Made by a program: the position numbers and the translations under genes. Of a DNA stretch of 64,000 nt, positions 8,300 through 17,097 are shown piece by piece; within the stretch, counting starts at the first letter, position 1, and every line of letters begins with the position of its first letter. The notes below the pieces were generated by a model that worked only from the letters and a program-made list of their open reading frames with translations, did no database searches and was not told the DNA's origin. The stretch comes from an uncultured Hyphomicrobiales bacterium (lineage in GTDB: Bacteria > Pseudomonadota > Alphaproteobacteria > Rhizobiales > Xanthobacteraceae), in contig CAZNSG010000329.1 of the NCBI GenBank assembly GCA_964575715.1, forward strand, positions 13,054-77,053, read 5' to 3'.

Positions 8300-8316
8300 G
8301 ATAGCAAGGGGCTATC
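8300..8316. promoter_or_regulatory. Dyad GATAGC-N5-GCTATC, copy 5, in the divergent spacer between peroxiredoxin-like gene 2 and the 663-aa membrane protein gene
   Basis: Read directly: gatagc-aaggg-gctatc. It lies 66 nt upstream of ATG 8234 (minus strand) and 211 nt upstream of ATG 8527 (plus strand). Confidence 0.5.
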
Positions 8317-8526
8317 AATTCGATTTGGGTATCTGGCGCACTTGGATTTGACTAACGCTTTGTTGACGGCAGGCGCAAAGAACCAGAATTAACCCTGTAC
8401 GGCTTGCCTTGCAGAAGGCACCGTGTCTCACAGGTCCCAAGTGTGCAAATGCGCGTAAGACATCCTGCGGCACGGCAAGCTATATCCGTTGAGATGAATT
8501 TATAATGAGCCTGGGGTCTGGATTCG

Positions 8527-10518
8527 ATGGCATCGGCTGCTAATGCTGCTTTATGCGCGATAGTGGCGACAGCGTTTTGGACGTTGTTGGGCTATGCCAT
8601 CGGCCGCCATATTTTCCCGCGTATTCTTGCAATCGGCACGGCAGCCATCATTGGCTGGGCGGTCTACAACTCAGTCACACTGCCGATCTTTGGTCTATTC
8701 GGCTTCTCTCCGGTCACAGTAGCGAGCGCTATCGCGCTCTGCGTGATCGGAAGTTGCACTTCGATATTTGCGCTATCGGGGAAAAGCGATACCGAACCCG
8801 CGCCGGCCATAGCCATGTGGGTTTATCTTGCTGCCGCTGTTCTTGCGCTGGTGCCAGCCGCGGCCATCTTGCCGAAGATCGCCGCGGACTCGGTGCAGCT
8901 TGCAAGTCCGATATTCGATCATTCCAAGGTGGCGATGATCGATGCCATGGCGCGGCTTGGCTTACCTCCAGTAAATCCCTTCTTTGGCGAAGACGGCACG
9001 CCGGGCCGCCTCGCCTATTACTATCTCTGGTATTTCAGCGCCGCTCAGCTTTCGCTCGTGCTCGGCGTGAGTGGATGGGAAGCTGATATCGGACTGACAT
9101 GGTTCTCCGCCTACGCGTCATTGACATTGATGATGGGCCTTGCGGTATGGCTTAGCAAACGCTCCGCCGCCGCGATCTGGGTGGTGCTTCTCGCCGGTGC
9201 GACGTCGCTTCGCGCGACGCTCATAACCATTTTTGGCACCAACAATCTCGAGCCGTTTCTTTTGTCTTCGACAGGCTTTGCTGGCTGGATGTTTCAAGCG
9301 ACGTGGGTGCCCCAGCATCTCACATCGGCATCGTGTGTCGTGGTTGCGATGCTCCTGCTGAGCCAATACGCGGTTCAGCAGAACATCGTGCTGCTCGCGG
9401 TACTGATCCTGGTGGTTGCCGCCGGATTTGAAAGTTCGACCTATGTCGGCGGCATCACTTTTTCCGTCGCCGCACTGATCGCCGTGCCAATTCTGCTTTT
9501 CAGCATTGACAAAGTCTTCCGGCTCCGTTTTGCGATTGGATTGTTGACCGCAGCCGTGCTCGCGGCGGGTCTTGCTGCTCCATTTTTGTTCGATCAGATC
9601 GCAACTGTCGGCGCACGCGGCGCAGGCGCGCCGATCGTGATTGATCATTTTGCCGTCCTTGGAGAAATGTTTACGCCGTTTCTTCGCCGTCTCCTGGATC
9701 TGCTCGCCTATTGGCTCATTCTAATGCCAATCGAGTTTCCGGCCACCTATTGCGCCGGCGCTCTTGCGCTAGTGGTCATGTTACGAGCTTTTGCGGCATT
9801 GCCGGAAAAATTCGCAACAGCTGCGTTCGCGTCACTTACGGTGGCGGGATTGGCCGTTTCATGGCTGCTTGTCAGCACACTCGGTGGAAACAACGATCTC
9901 GCCCTGCGCGCCGTCATAGCGCCTGCCATGATTCTGATCGCGAGCGCGGCGGCGGGGATGGTGCTCCGACCCCGACGTGCTGTGATAATCGCGGCCGCGC
10001 TTGGCGGTCTGCTCCTGAGCCTGCCGGATGCCGTGCGCATGATTCATTACAACTTCGCCGGCGATGCGACCCCGGCCGGCCAAGCGTTTGCACAATCGCC
10101 GCAGATGTGGGCTGCCGTGCGCCAGCATGCAACACCAAACGCCCGGGTCGGCAACAACCCGCTATTCTTGCAGGACATGACGCCTTGGCCGGTCAATATT
10201 TCCTGGGCTTTGCTGGCCAATCGCAGCTCGTGCTTTGCCGGCCTTGAGCTGACTCTCGCCTACGCGCCGCTTACCCGCGAACGCCGCGAGACGATCAACG
10301 CGCAGTTTATTCGCGTGTTCGAAGGCCAAAGCACAGCAGAAGATATTTCGGATTTGGCGAGCAAATACGGCTGTGAAGTTGTTGCCCTCACAGTGCATGA
10401 CAAGGCTTGGGATGCAGACCCGTTTGCTTCAAGCGCAAACTATCGCCTGGCCGAGGCCAAGGAAGGCCAGTGGAGGATCTATACACAAGTGCCCGCGACC
10501 GCTCCGGCAGTTCGGTAA
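8527..10518 (+). CDS. Large polytopic membrane protein with a C-terminal soluble domain (GT-C-like architecture, family unrecognised)
   Basis: 663-aa ORF. More than 12 hydrophobic segments are followed by about 140 hydrophilic residues. Confidence 0.65.
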   Translation: MASAANAALCAIVATAFWTLLGYAIGRHIFPRILAIGTAAIIGWAVYNSVTLPIFGLFGFSPVTVASAIALCVIGSCTSIFALSGKSDTEPAPAIAMWVYLAAAVLALVPAAAILPKIAADSVQLASPIFDHSKVAMIDAMARLGLPPVNPFFGEDGTPGRLAYYYLWYFSAAQLSLVLGVSGWEADIGLTWFSAYASLTLMMGLAVWLSKRSAAAIWVVLLAGATSLRATLITIFGTNNLEPFLLSSTGFAGWMFQATWVPQHLTSASCVVVAMLLLSQYAVQQNIVLLAVLILVVAAGFESSTYVGGITFSVAALIAVPILLFSIDKVFRLRFAIGLLTAAVLAAGLAAPFLFDQIATVGARGAGAPIVIDHFAVLGEMFTPFLRRLLDLLAYWLILMPIEFPATYCAGALALVVMLRAFAALPEKFATAAFASLTVAGLAVSWLLVSTLGGNNDLALRAVIAPAMILIASAAAGMVLRPRRAVIIAAALGGLLLSLPDAVRMIHYNFAGDATPAGQAFAQSPQMWAAVRQHATPNARVGNNPLFLQDMTPWPVNISWALLANRSSCFAGLELTLAYAPLTRERRETINAQFIRVFEGQSTAEDISDLASKYGCEVVALTVHDKAWDADPFASSANYRLAEAKEGQWRIYTQVPATAPAVR

Positions 10519-10543
10519 TCGGCCCTGCAAGTTTAGCGCGACA

Positions 10544-11335
10544 TCAAATCCCAGCGAACCAGTTGAAACCCTGCTTGTGCCAAAACGTGTCAGGAAAGCT
10601 GTTCGTCACTTCGATCGCGGTGATCCATTTCGCATTTTTGAATCCGAGTTTCGTTGATGTGCGCAGGCGCAGCGGATACCCGAACGGATCGGCAATAATT
10701 TCCTTGGCATACTTGGTCGCCAATATCGTCTGCGGATGGAGCGCGGTCGCCATGTCGATGCTTTCGGTATAGTCGTCCGCGCATATGAACGCGATATATT
10801 TGGCGGTCAAATCAGCGCCAATGCGCTCCAGAAAGCTCCGCAGATTCGGTCCCGACCACTGCCCGATGTAATCCCATCCTTCCACGCAAATGTGGCGGAT
10901 GATCAGCTCTTGCTCGGGAAGCTCGTAAATCTGCCGTGCGGTCCAGGGCCGCTTGTCCGCGATGCGGCCGGACAATTCCAATTTCCAGCTCGCGCCGTCC
11001 ACCGGCTTTACATCCTCGATATCGTAGTAGGCATTGAAACGCGGTGGCTTGACGACCTGGGTTTCCGAATATGTCTGCGCGAGATGATTGGGCCTGAATA
11101 TGGCGGCCTGCACGCCGTCGTTCCACGCCGAAACGGCGCGCAGCACGGCCTGCACGGCATTTGAGTCCGAGACGTCGCAGCCCGTGAGCATCGTGAGACC
11201 ACCGAGACTCAGCGCGCCACGCAGTAGATTGCGGCGATCAATTTTCTCGATTAGCGCGCGGTTTTCCCGGAGCACGCTTTGATCGATTGGCTTTGCAGGT
11301 CGAAAGATCGATGGCGAGGGGGTTTTGATTGGCAT
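10544..11335 (-). CDS. Molybdopterin-dependent oxidoreductase (sulfite oxidase / MsrP-like fold) with a Tat signal
   Basis: 263 aa. Twin-arginine DRRNLLRGALSLGGLTMLTGC. Motifs HICVEGW and RLRTSTKLGFKNAKWI. Confidence 0.8.
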   Translation of the reverse strand: MPIKTPSPSIFRPAKPIDQSVLRENRALIEKIDRRNLLRGALSLGGLTMLTGCDVSDSNAVQAVLRAVSAWNDGVQAAIFRPNHLAQTYSETQVVKPPRFNAYYDIEDVKPVDGASWKLELSGRIADKRPWTARQIYELPEQELIIRHICVEGWDYIGQWSGPNLRSFLERIGADLTAKYIAFICADDYTESIDMATALHPQTILATKYAKEIIADPFGYPLRLRTSTKLGFKNAKWITAIEVTNSFPDTFWHKQGFNWFAGI

Positions 11336-11347
11336 CGTCGATACCGT

Positions 11348-12028
11348 CTAGTTGGTTAGTTTGGCTTCGATTGACGCTTTGTCGGCAGACGTCGACTGAT
11401 TGTCTGTTTTAGGTCCGCCAGTCAGCATGGCGAGCAGCGATTGCGGCACCAGCAACGCCAACGCCACGTGCACGGCCAGAAACAGCACAATGGCCGCCAT
11501 GCACAGAAAATGCACCAGTCGTGCGGTCTGGAAGTCGTAGAACAAAGTCGCCAACTCAGAGAACTGGACCGGCTTCCAGAGTACCAGGCCGGACATTACT
11601 GTTAGGATCCCCACCAGCATGATGCCGAGATAGAGAATCTTTTGAACGGCGTTGTAACGCGACAGATCGTCATGCTTGAGGCGAAATCGTAGGGCGTCGC
11701 CGACGGTTGCGAGCAACTCGCGCATTGTGACCGGGAAGAGCTTTTGCCGGAAGCGACCGGATACAATTCCGTAGATCAAATAGAACAATCCATTGAACGT
11801 GAAAATCCACATTCCAAGGAAATGCCACTGCAGTCCGTGCTGGGCCCACTTTCCGAGGGTGAGGAATTCGGGAAAATGCAGCCAGCCGAAGATCACTTCG
11901 TCATTGTAGATCTTCCACCCGCTTGTGATCATAATCAGCACCGCAAGTGTATTGATCCAATGCATGATGCGCACTGGCAGCGGGTGAAGGCGTTCGCGAG
12001 CATCCGATTTGACTTCAACATCCGCCAT
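11348..12028 (-). CDS. Cytochrome b (b561 / Ni-Fe hydrogenase b-type family) membrane subunit
   Basis: 226 aa. RIMHWINTLAVLIMITSGW followed by further TM helices with His residues. Sits 12 nt upstream of the Mo-oxidoreductase gene. Confidence 0.75.
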   Translation of the reverse strand: MADVEVKSDARERLHPLPVRIMHWINTLAVLIMITSGWKIYNDEVIFGWLHFPEFLTLGKWAQHGLQWHFLGMWIFTFNGLFYLIYGIVSGRFRQKLFPVTMRELLATVGDALRFRLKHDDLSRYNAVQKILYLGIMLVGILTVMSGLVLWKPVQFSELATLFYDFQTARLVHFLCMAAIVLFLAVHVALALLVPQSLLAMLTGGPKTDNQSTSADKASIEAKLTN

Positions 12029-12181
12029 ATAGAATACTCCGCAGTTGTTGGAAGCCTTCAGTGCAAATTACATCGCTTGCGTTGCGTTTTTGAAGCCTGC
12101 AAAATACCTTTGCCAGAACGCCTTCGCAAGAAGGACGCGCTACACATCTTCGTGTAAGAATCTTCGTCTGGGAGACTAGGG

Positions 12182-12664
12182 ATGTTCTTCAAAATCATCG
12201 CAATTATATACGCCGCCACTCTCATTGCGTCCGCACCGGTCGCGGCGAATTTTGATTCGCTGGTTGTCTTGGCGGCGAGCGTCGAAACGCCGAAGGGTAC
12301 TTCTTCGGATAACGTGCTCACACCGGAAGAGAAAATGCGCCGGCGCTTTCCGCAGCCGGCGCTGGTTGGCGACCTCATCGGTCTGCGCCTGCTCGACGAT
12401 GATGATATTACCATCGGCCGCGTCCGCCAGGTGGTGCGCACGCCGGAAGGCAAAATCAAGCTGATCATCTCCTATGGCGGTTGGTTTGGCTGGGGGGCGC
12501 GACCGGTTGCCGTGCCCATTGAAGCGGTCGCAATCTTGGGGCGTCAGATAGCCGCACTCGATATGCCGCAGAGCGAATTCGCGACCGCGCCGACGTGGAC
12601 CGGCACCGGTGCACAGGTCTTGCCGAATGGTGAAATCATTCAAATTGCGCTCGGAAGACGCTGA
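12182..12664 (+). CDS. Exported PRC-barrel domain protein
   Basis: 160 aa. Signal peptide, then a PRC-barrel-like segment GDLIGLRLLDDDDITIGRVRQVV...VAVPIEAV. Confidence 0.6.
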   Translation: MFFKIIAIIYAATLIASAPVAANFDSLVVLAASVETPKGTSSDNVLTPEEKMRRRFPQPALVGDLIGLRLLDDDDITIGRVRQVVRTPEGKIKLIISYGGWFGWGARPVAVPIEAVAILGRQIAALDMPQSEFATAPTWTGTGAQVLPNGEIIQIALGRR

Positions 12665-12820
12665 TTCCGAGTTGCAGCGGTCACAAGTAATTGAAGAGGT
12701 AACTTTATTGTGTCGGCGAGCGAATTTGGGGGTCAGGAACGGTTCATGTGAGTTTGTGTACGGTCGCTCAAGCTGCACTTTTGACTGCATCATATATGAT
12801 TGTACCATTCGGAGTACAGC

Positions 12821-13660
12821 ATGCGTGGACCCAACGGATTAACAGTTAAACGTAAGTCTGTCAGTGCTTGGGCAGGGCAGAATTATTTTTCTTTATCGGA
12901 GACTCAACGCTGTGGCATTGCGATCATGGCGAAGGCTTCAACGCCAGGGCGCACCAAGACGCGGTTGGCGCCGCCACTGAATTTTGAAGAAGCCGCAGAA
13001 TTCAATACTGCATTTCTGCAAGACATCACGGAGAACGTGCTGCTTGCCGGGCATCAGGTTAGCCTCGCCGGCTATGTGGCATTCGGTCCGCCAGGGTCCG
13101 AGGAGTTTTTTCGCCGCACGCTGCCGGCCGCGATCGGACTCATCGACGCGTCGTTTCCGTATTTCGGTGACTGTCTGATCTTCACGATCGATGAAATTCT
13201 TCGGCGCGGTCATGACTCGGCCGTTGTGCTCAACTCCGACAGCCCTACGTTGCCAACGTCGCTCCTTGTCGAAACTGCGGAGATACTCGCGCGGCCCGGC
13301 GATCGCGCGGTGCTCGGTCCCTGCAGCGACGGCGGATATTATTTGTTGGGCTTAAAGCGAACTCACCATCGCCTGTTCGAAGATATCGCCTGGAGCACAG
13401 AAAAAGTCGCGAAACAGACCTTGGCACGTGCCCGGGAAATCAATCTTGATGTTCACGTGCTGCCGGTTTGGTACGATGTCGATGACTTCGAGGGTCTGAG
13501 AACACTCCACGGCGAACTTCCCAGGATAAATTCTTCCAAGGTTCGGCTCGTCCCTTATCATGCCGCCAAGACGGCCGCACTGATGGAGCGGCTTTGGCGG
13601 GATGCCGATTTCGTGCGCCGTGTCGGCCGGCTCCTGCAACTTGAAAAACTCGGTGCTTGA
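12821..13660 (+). CDS. DUF2064 / TIGR04282-like nucleotidyl- or glycosyl-transferase-fold protein
   Basis: ORF 12800..13660 (TTG at 12800, ATG at 12821). Signatures IAIMAKASTPGRTKTRL, VLNSDSPTLP, GPCSDGGYYLLGLK. Confidence 0.7.
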   Translation: MRGPNGLTVKRKSVSAWAGQNYFSLSETQRCGIAIMAKASTPGRTKTRLAPPLNFEEAAEFNTAFLQDITENVLLAGHQVSLAGYVAFGPPGSEEFFRRTLPAAIGLIDASFPYFGDCLIFTIDEILRRGHDSAVVLNSDSPTLPTSLLVETAEILARPGDRAVLGPCSDGGYYLLGLKRTHHRLFEDIAWSTEKVAKQTLARAREINLDVHVLPVWYDVDDFEGLRTLHGELPRINSSKVRLVPYHAAKTAALMERLWRDADFVRRVGRLLQLEKLGA

Positions 13661-13704
13661 TACTGCTGTATTTTCCATGCGATCAGTACAACGGATGAAA
13701 TGCC

Positions 13705-14769
13705 ATGGATGGAACTGCCTCTGACCGCATGATCGATCCTCAGCGCTACTTCGAAAGTGTGCAGACGCGCGGTGAGGTTCCGGCGCAGGAACCCGTCTGC
13801 CTTTATCTGGAGACGACCAATCGCTGCAATCTGTTGTGCACGACCTGCCCGCGAACCTATGAGGAGCTGGAGCCCCCGGCGGATATGAGCTGGGAGCTGT
13901 TCACATCGATCGTCGATCAGATTCCGAAACTCCAGCGGGCGGTGCTGCACGGCGTCGGTGAACCGATGCTGGTGAAGAATCTGCCGCGCATGGTGCGATA
14001 TCTCAAGGATCGCGGCACTTACGTCCTGTTCAACACCAACGGCACGGTTCTTAACGAGCGTAACGGCCGTGCCTTGATCCAAGCCGGATTGGACGAGCTG
14101 CGCGTTTCGTTCGACGCCTCGAATCCCAAATCCTATCTCGCAGTTCGCGGCAAGAATTATTTCAACCGAATCCTGAAGAATGTCCGCGCCTTCCGCGCGC
14201 TGCAGGAACGCGAAGGCCATGCCAAGCCGCGCGTGTCGGCCTGGCTGACGGGCTTGCGCGAAACCATCGAAGAACTGCCGGACTTTGTGCGCGTGGCCGC
14301 CGAGATCGGGGTGAAGGAGGTTTACCTGCAACGGCTGGTATTTTTCAATGATCATGCGATCGGAAAGGCGCGACCGGATCAAGCGTTATATGAGCAGCTA
14401 TCGCGCGACGAGGCGATTTATATCGACCGGGCCACCGCGCTCGCCAAGTCCCTGGGCATTAAGTTCAGCGCATCGGGCGGCGCCTCCGAACCCGGCATGA
14501 GTCTCAAACGCAGCGATAATGGATCGCCCTGGTCGCTATGCCGCCGGCCCTGGACGGTCATGTATTTTACCGCCAATGGGCGCGCGCTTCCCTGTTGTAT
14601 CGCGCCATTCTCACAACGGGGCTATGAAAATTACACACTGGGCGATGCGACCCAACAAACGTTGCGCGAGATCTGGATCGGTCCGGCTTACGGCGATTTT
14701 CGCAAAGCATTATTGTCGAACAAACCACAGGCGGCCTGTGCAAGCTGCGGTCTGCGGTGGAGCCTATGA
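13705..14769 (+). CDS. Radical SAM enzyme with a C-terminal SPASM/twitch Cys cluster
   Basis: 354 aa. CNLLCTTCPR (CxxxCxxC), GEPML. C-terminus C..PW......NG...PCCIAP ... ACASCG. Confidence 0.85.
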   Translation: MDGTASDRMIDPQRYFESVQTRGEVPAQEPVCLYLETTNRCNLLCTTCPRTYEELEPPADMSWELFTSIVDQIPKLQRAVLHGVGEPMLVKNLPRMVRYLKDRGTYVLFNTNGTVLNERNGRALIQAGLDELRVSFDASNPKSYLAVRGKNYFNRILKNVRAFRALQEREGHAKPRVSAWLTGLRETIEELPDFVRVAAEIGVKEVYLQRLVFFNDHAIGKARPDQALYEQLSRDEAIYIDRATALAKSLGIKFSASGGASEPGMSLKRSDNGSPWSLCRRPWTVMYFTANGRALPCCIAPFSQRGYENYTLGDATQQTLREIWIGPAYGDFRKALLSNKPQAACASCGLRWSL

Positions 14770-15509
14770 AGATGACCACGGTTGCCGTGAAGTTAGCGCA
14801 ACCGGCAATGCGTGTTGCGGTCGTCATACCGACTTTAAACGAAGCGGAATCTATCGGATCTGTCGTCGCTTCGCTTCCCCGCAGTGTCGTCGACCGCGTT
14901 ATCGTGGCGGATGGCGGCAGCGAGGACAGCACTGTGGATCGAGCCAGTCGCGCCGACGCCCAGGTTATCGCCGCCGGTAGAGGATATGGCCGCGCATGTC
15001 TTGCGGGCGCGCTCGCCGCCGAAAGCGCGGACATCATTGTTTTCATGGACGGTGACGGCGCTGACGATCCTGGCGCCATCGCGGACATGGTCGCACCAAT
15101 CCGTTCCGGTGATTACGACTTCACCATTGGCTCGCGTGCGCGGGGCAAGCGAGAACCAGGCAGCATGGCCTATCACCAGATTCTCGCCGGCTTGTTCGCC
15201 GGCTGGCTGATATGGCTGCTCTATGGCGTGCGCTTTACCGACATGTGCGCGCTGCGCGCCATCCGCCGCGATACGCTGCTCGCACTTGGCATGCGGGAAC
15301 TCACTTATGGCTGGAATCTCGAAATGCAGATGCGGGTCGCCCGCGCAGGGTTTCGCGTGTTGGAAGTGCCGGTCCCGTATCGGCGCCGCGTCGGCGGTGA
15401 ATCAAAAGTAGCCGGCAGTCTGCGAGGGACAATCGTTGCGGGGTTTCGGATCATGACGACATTCATGCGCATTGCATTCGAGCCCGCGCACAAACGCAGC
15501 TTAGGCTAA
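14766..15509 (+). CDS. Glycosyltransferase family 2 (polyprenol-phosphate-sugar synthase-like)
   Basis: ATG 14766 overlaps the rSAM TGA as ATGA (a GTG at 14757 is also possible). VVIPTLNEAESI, ADGGSEDST, FMDGDGADD. Confidence 0.8.
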   Translation: MKMTTVAVKLAQPAMRVAVVIPTLNEAESIGSVVASLPRSVVDRVIVADGGSEDSTVDRASRADAQVIAAGRGYGRACLAGALAAESADIIVFMDGDGADDPGAIADMVAPIRSGDYDFTIGSRARGKREPGSMAYHQILAGLFAGWLIWLLYGVRFTDMCALRAIRRDTLLALGMRELTYGWNLEMQMRVARAGFRVLEVPVPYRRRVGGESKVAGSLRGTIVAGFRIMTTFMRIAFEPAHKRSLG

Positions 15510-15615
15510 TGTCGGATTAAGTAGCATTGGATCAGACCGTAGCGCCATTCGTCATCTGCGCGAGTGGGTGCGGCGATCGAAGCCATTCGTGCCGCATATT
15601 ACTTATTACTTGCGC

Positions 15616-16176
15616 TCAACGCGATATTCGTGAAATTTTCGAGCCCTCCAAGGTCAAGTTATACATCAGCCCTTTTTCGTCGAGGATGAACCCGATCACG
15701 GGCTTGGTAATCTGGTTGGTGTCGAGCGAGCCGCCAGCGCCAAGCGTGACCAGCGCGACCGATCCGTCGACGCCGACTTTCCAGCCGTCCTTGCGCCTGA
15801 AGCTGGCAAGGGAATCCTCGGTCATGAACATGATAACGACCGAGCGTGCTTGCACGCCGAGCTGAAAGCCGACGGATGCCGAAATCGAATTGTAATAGCC
15901 GGCAGTCTTGCCTTTAATCCGCAATGCGCCCTCGCCGTACTCGCCGCCAATTCCAATCCCCGCCTTGACGATGGATGGGAATACCAAGACCCCTGCCGCC
16001 CGGTTGGCGAGATCACGCGCGCCGTTCACTTTCAAGTAGAGTCGTTTAAGCGTTGCGTTGACGTCGACTTCGATCTCGGCAGCGGACGCTGTTTCGCCGC
16101 GTTGCGCCGTTGATGCGATCGCAAGCGCGGATACGATGAGCAGACATATTGCTCGACGTGCAAATATCATGGACAT
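15616..16176 (-). CDS. Exported SYLF (YSC84-like, DUF500) lipid-binding domain protein
   Basis: 186 aa. Signal peptide. Core GVLVFPSIVKAGIGIGGEYGEGAL...GFQLGVQ...GVDGSVA. Confidence 0.7.
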   Translation of the reverse strand: MSMIFARRAICLLIVSALAIASTAQRGETASAAEIEVDVNATLKRLYLKVNGARDLANRAAGVLVFPSIVKAGIGIGGEYGEGALRIKGKTAGYYNSISASVGFQLGVQARSVVIMFMTEDSLASFRRKDGWKVGVDGSVALVTLGAGGSLDTNQITKPVIGFILDEKGLMYNLTLEGSKISRISR

Positions 16177-16350
16177 GGAGCTCTCCTTAAACCTCTATTC
16201 GCTGCCGATTTTTACGCGCGGTGTTACGGGTGACAATTTACATGTATAGCACGAGCGGATGATCGACTTCCAAGCCGACATGTTTCCAAGGCGGCATGGT
16301 GAGATTCGCAGCGAAGATGATCCGCCATTCAACTTTTTGCGCCGCACACG

Positions 16351-16974
16351 TTATGCAGCCAAATCGAGCTTGCTCGCGACCGTCGCATCGGCGTTGAGCC
16401 GGTAGATCATCGGCACGCCGGTGCCGAGTTCGCGCTTGACGATCTCGTCGGGCCCGAGCCGGTCGAGCACCATGACCAGCGCGCGCAAGGAATTGCCATG
16501 GGCGGAGAGCAGCACGCGCTCGCCGCGCAGCACGCGCGGCAGAATTTCCTGCAGGTAGTAGGGCAACACGCGCGCGGTGGTATCCCTGAGGCTTTCGCCG
16601 CCGGGGGGCGCGACATCATAGGAGCGGCGCCAGAGCGCAACCTGCTCGGCGCCCCATTTCGCCCGCGCATCGTCCTTGTTGAGGCCGGAGAGATCGCCGT
16701 AGTCACGCTCATTGAGCGCCTGGTTCTTGATGACGGGAATGTTCTGCTGCCCCAGCTCCTCGAGCATGAGATCGAGCGTGCGCTGCGCACGCACGAGCGC
16801 CGAAGTGTAGCCGACGTCGAATTTCAGCCCTTGGCCTTTCAGCTTGCGGCCGGCGGCGCGCGCCTCCGCGATGCCGGCCTCGGTGAGATCGACATCGCGC
16901 CAGCCGGTGAACAGGTTTTTCTTGTTCCAGTCGCTTTCGCCGTGGCGCACCAGCACAAGGAGACGGTCGGTCAT
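16351..16974 (-). CDS. gpmA: 2,3-bisphosphoglycerate-dependent phosphoglycerate mutase
   Basis: [20 protein letters not shown] and [10 protein letters not shown]. Internal ATG 16974 is used because the upstream part of the ORF is repeat-derived. Confidence 0.9.
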   Translation of the reverse strand: MTDRLLVLVRHGESDWNKKNLFTGWRDVDLTEAGIAEARAAGRKLKGQGLKFDVGYTSALVRAQRTLDLMLEELGQQNIPVIKNQALNERDYGDLSGLNKDDARAKWGAEQVALWRRSYDVAPPGGESLRDTTARVLPYYLQEILPRVLRGERVLLSAHGNSLRALVMVLDRLGPDEIVKRELGTGVPMIYRLNADATVASKLDLAA

Positions 16975-16996
16975 TGCTTTATTCCTGGTGTTTGAA

Positions 16997-17091
16997 CCGT
17001 CACCCTGAGGCGCGAGCGAAGCGAGCCTCGAAGGGTGGCGGCCCGTCATCCTTCGAGGCCCTCGCTACGCTCGGGCGCCTCAGGATGACGG
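16997..17091. repeat. REP/MITE-like palindromic element, family 1 (termini gtcaYcctgagg ... cctcaggatgac)
   Basis: Terminal inverted repeats plus an inner cctcgaagg/ccttcgagg dyad. Related copies at 19626, 21672, 36909 and 61974. Confidence 0.8.
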
Positions 17092-17097
17092 ATAGAG

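Noticed and set aside
8401-8480. Imperfect long-range complementarity (gcttgcc ... ggcaagc) in the 5' region of the 663-aa membrane protein gene, considered as a riboswitch or sRNA
   Set aside because: The stems are short and interrupted, and I recognise no known riboswitch consensus. The evidence is insufficient.
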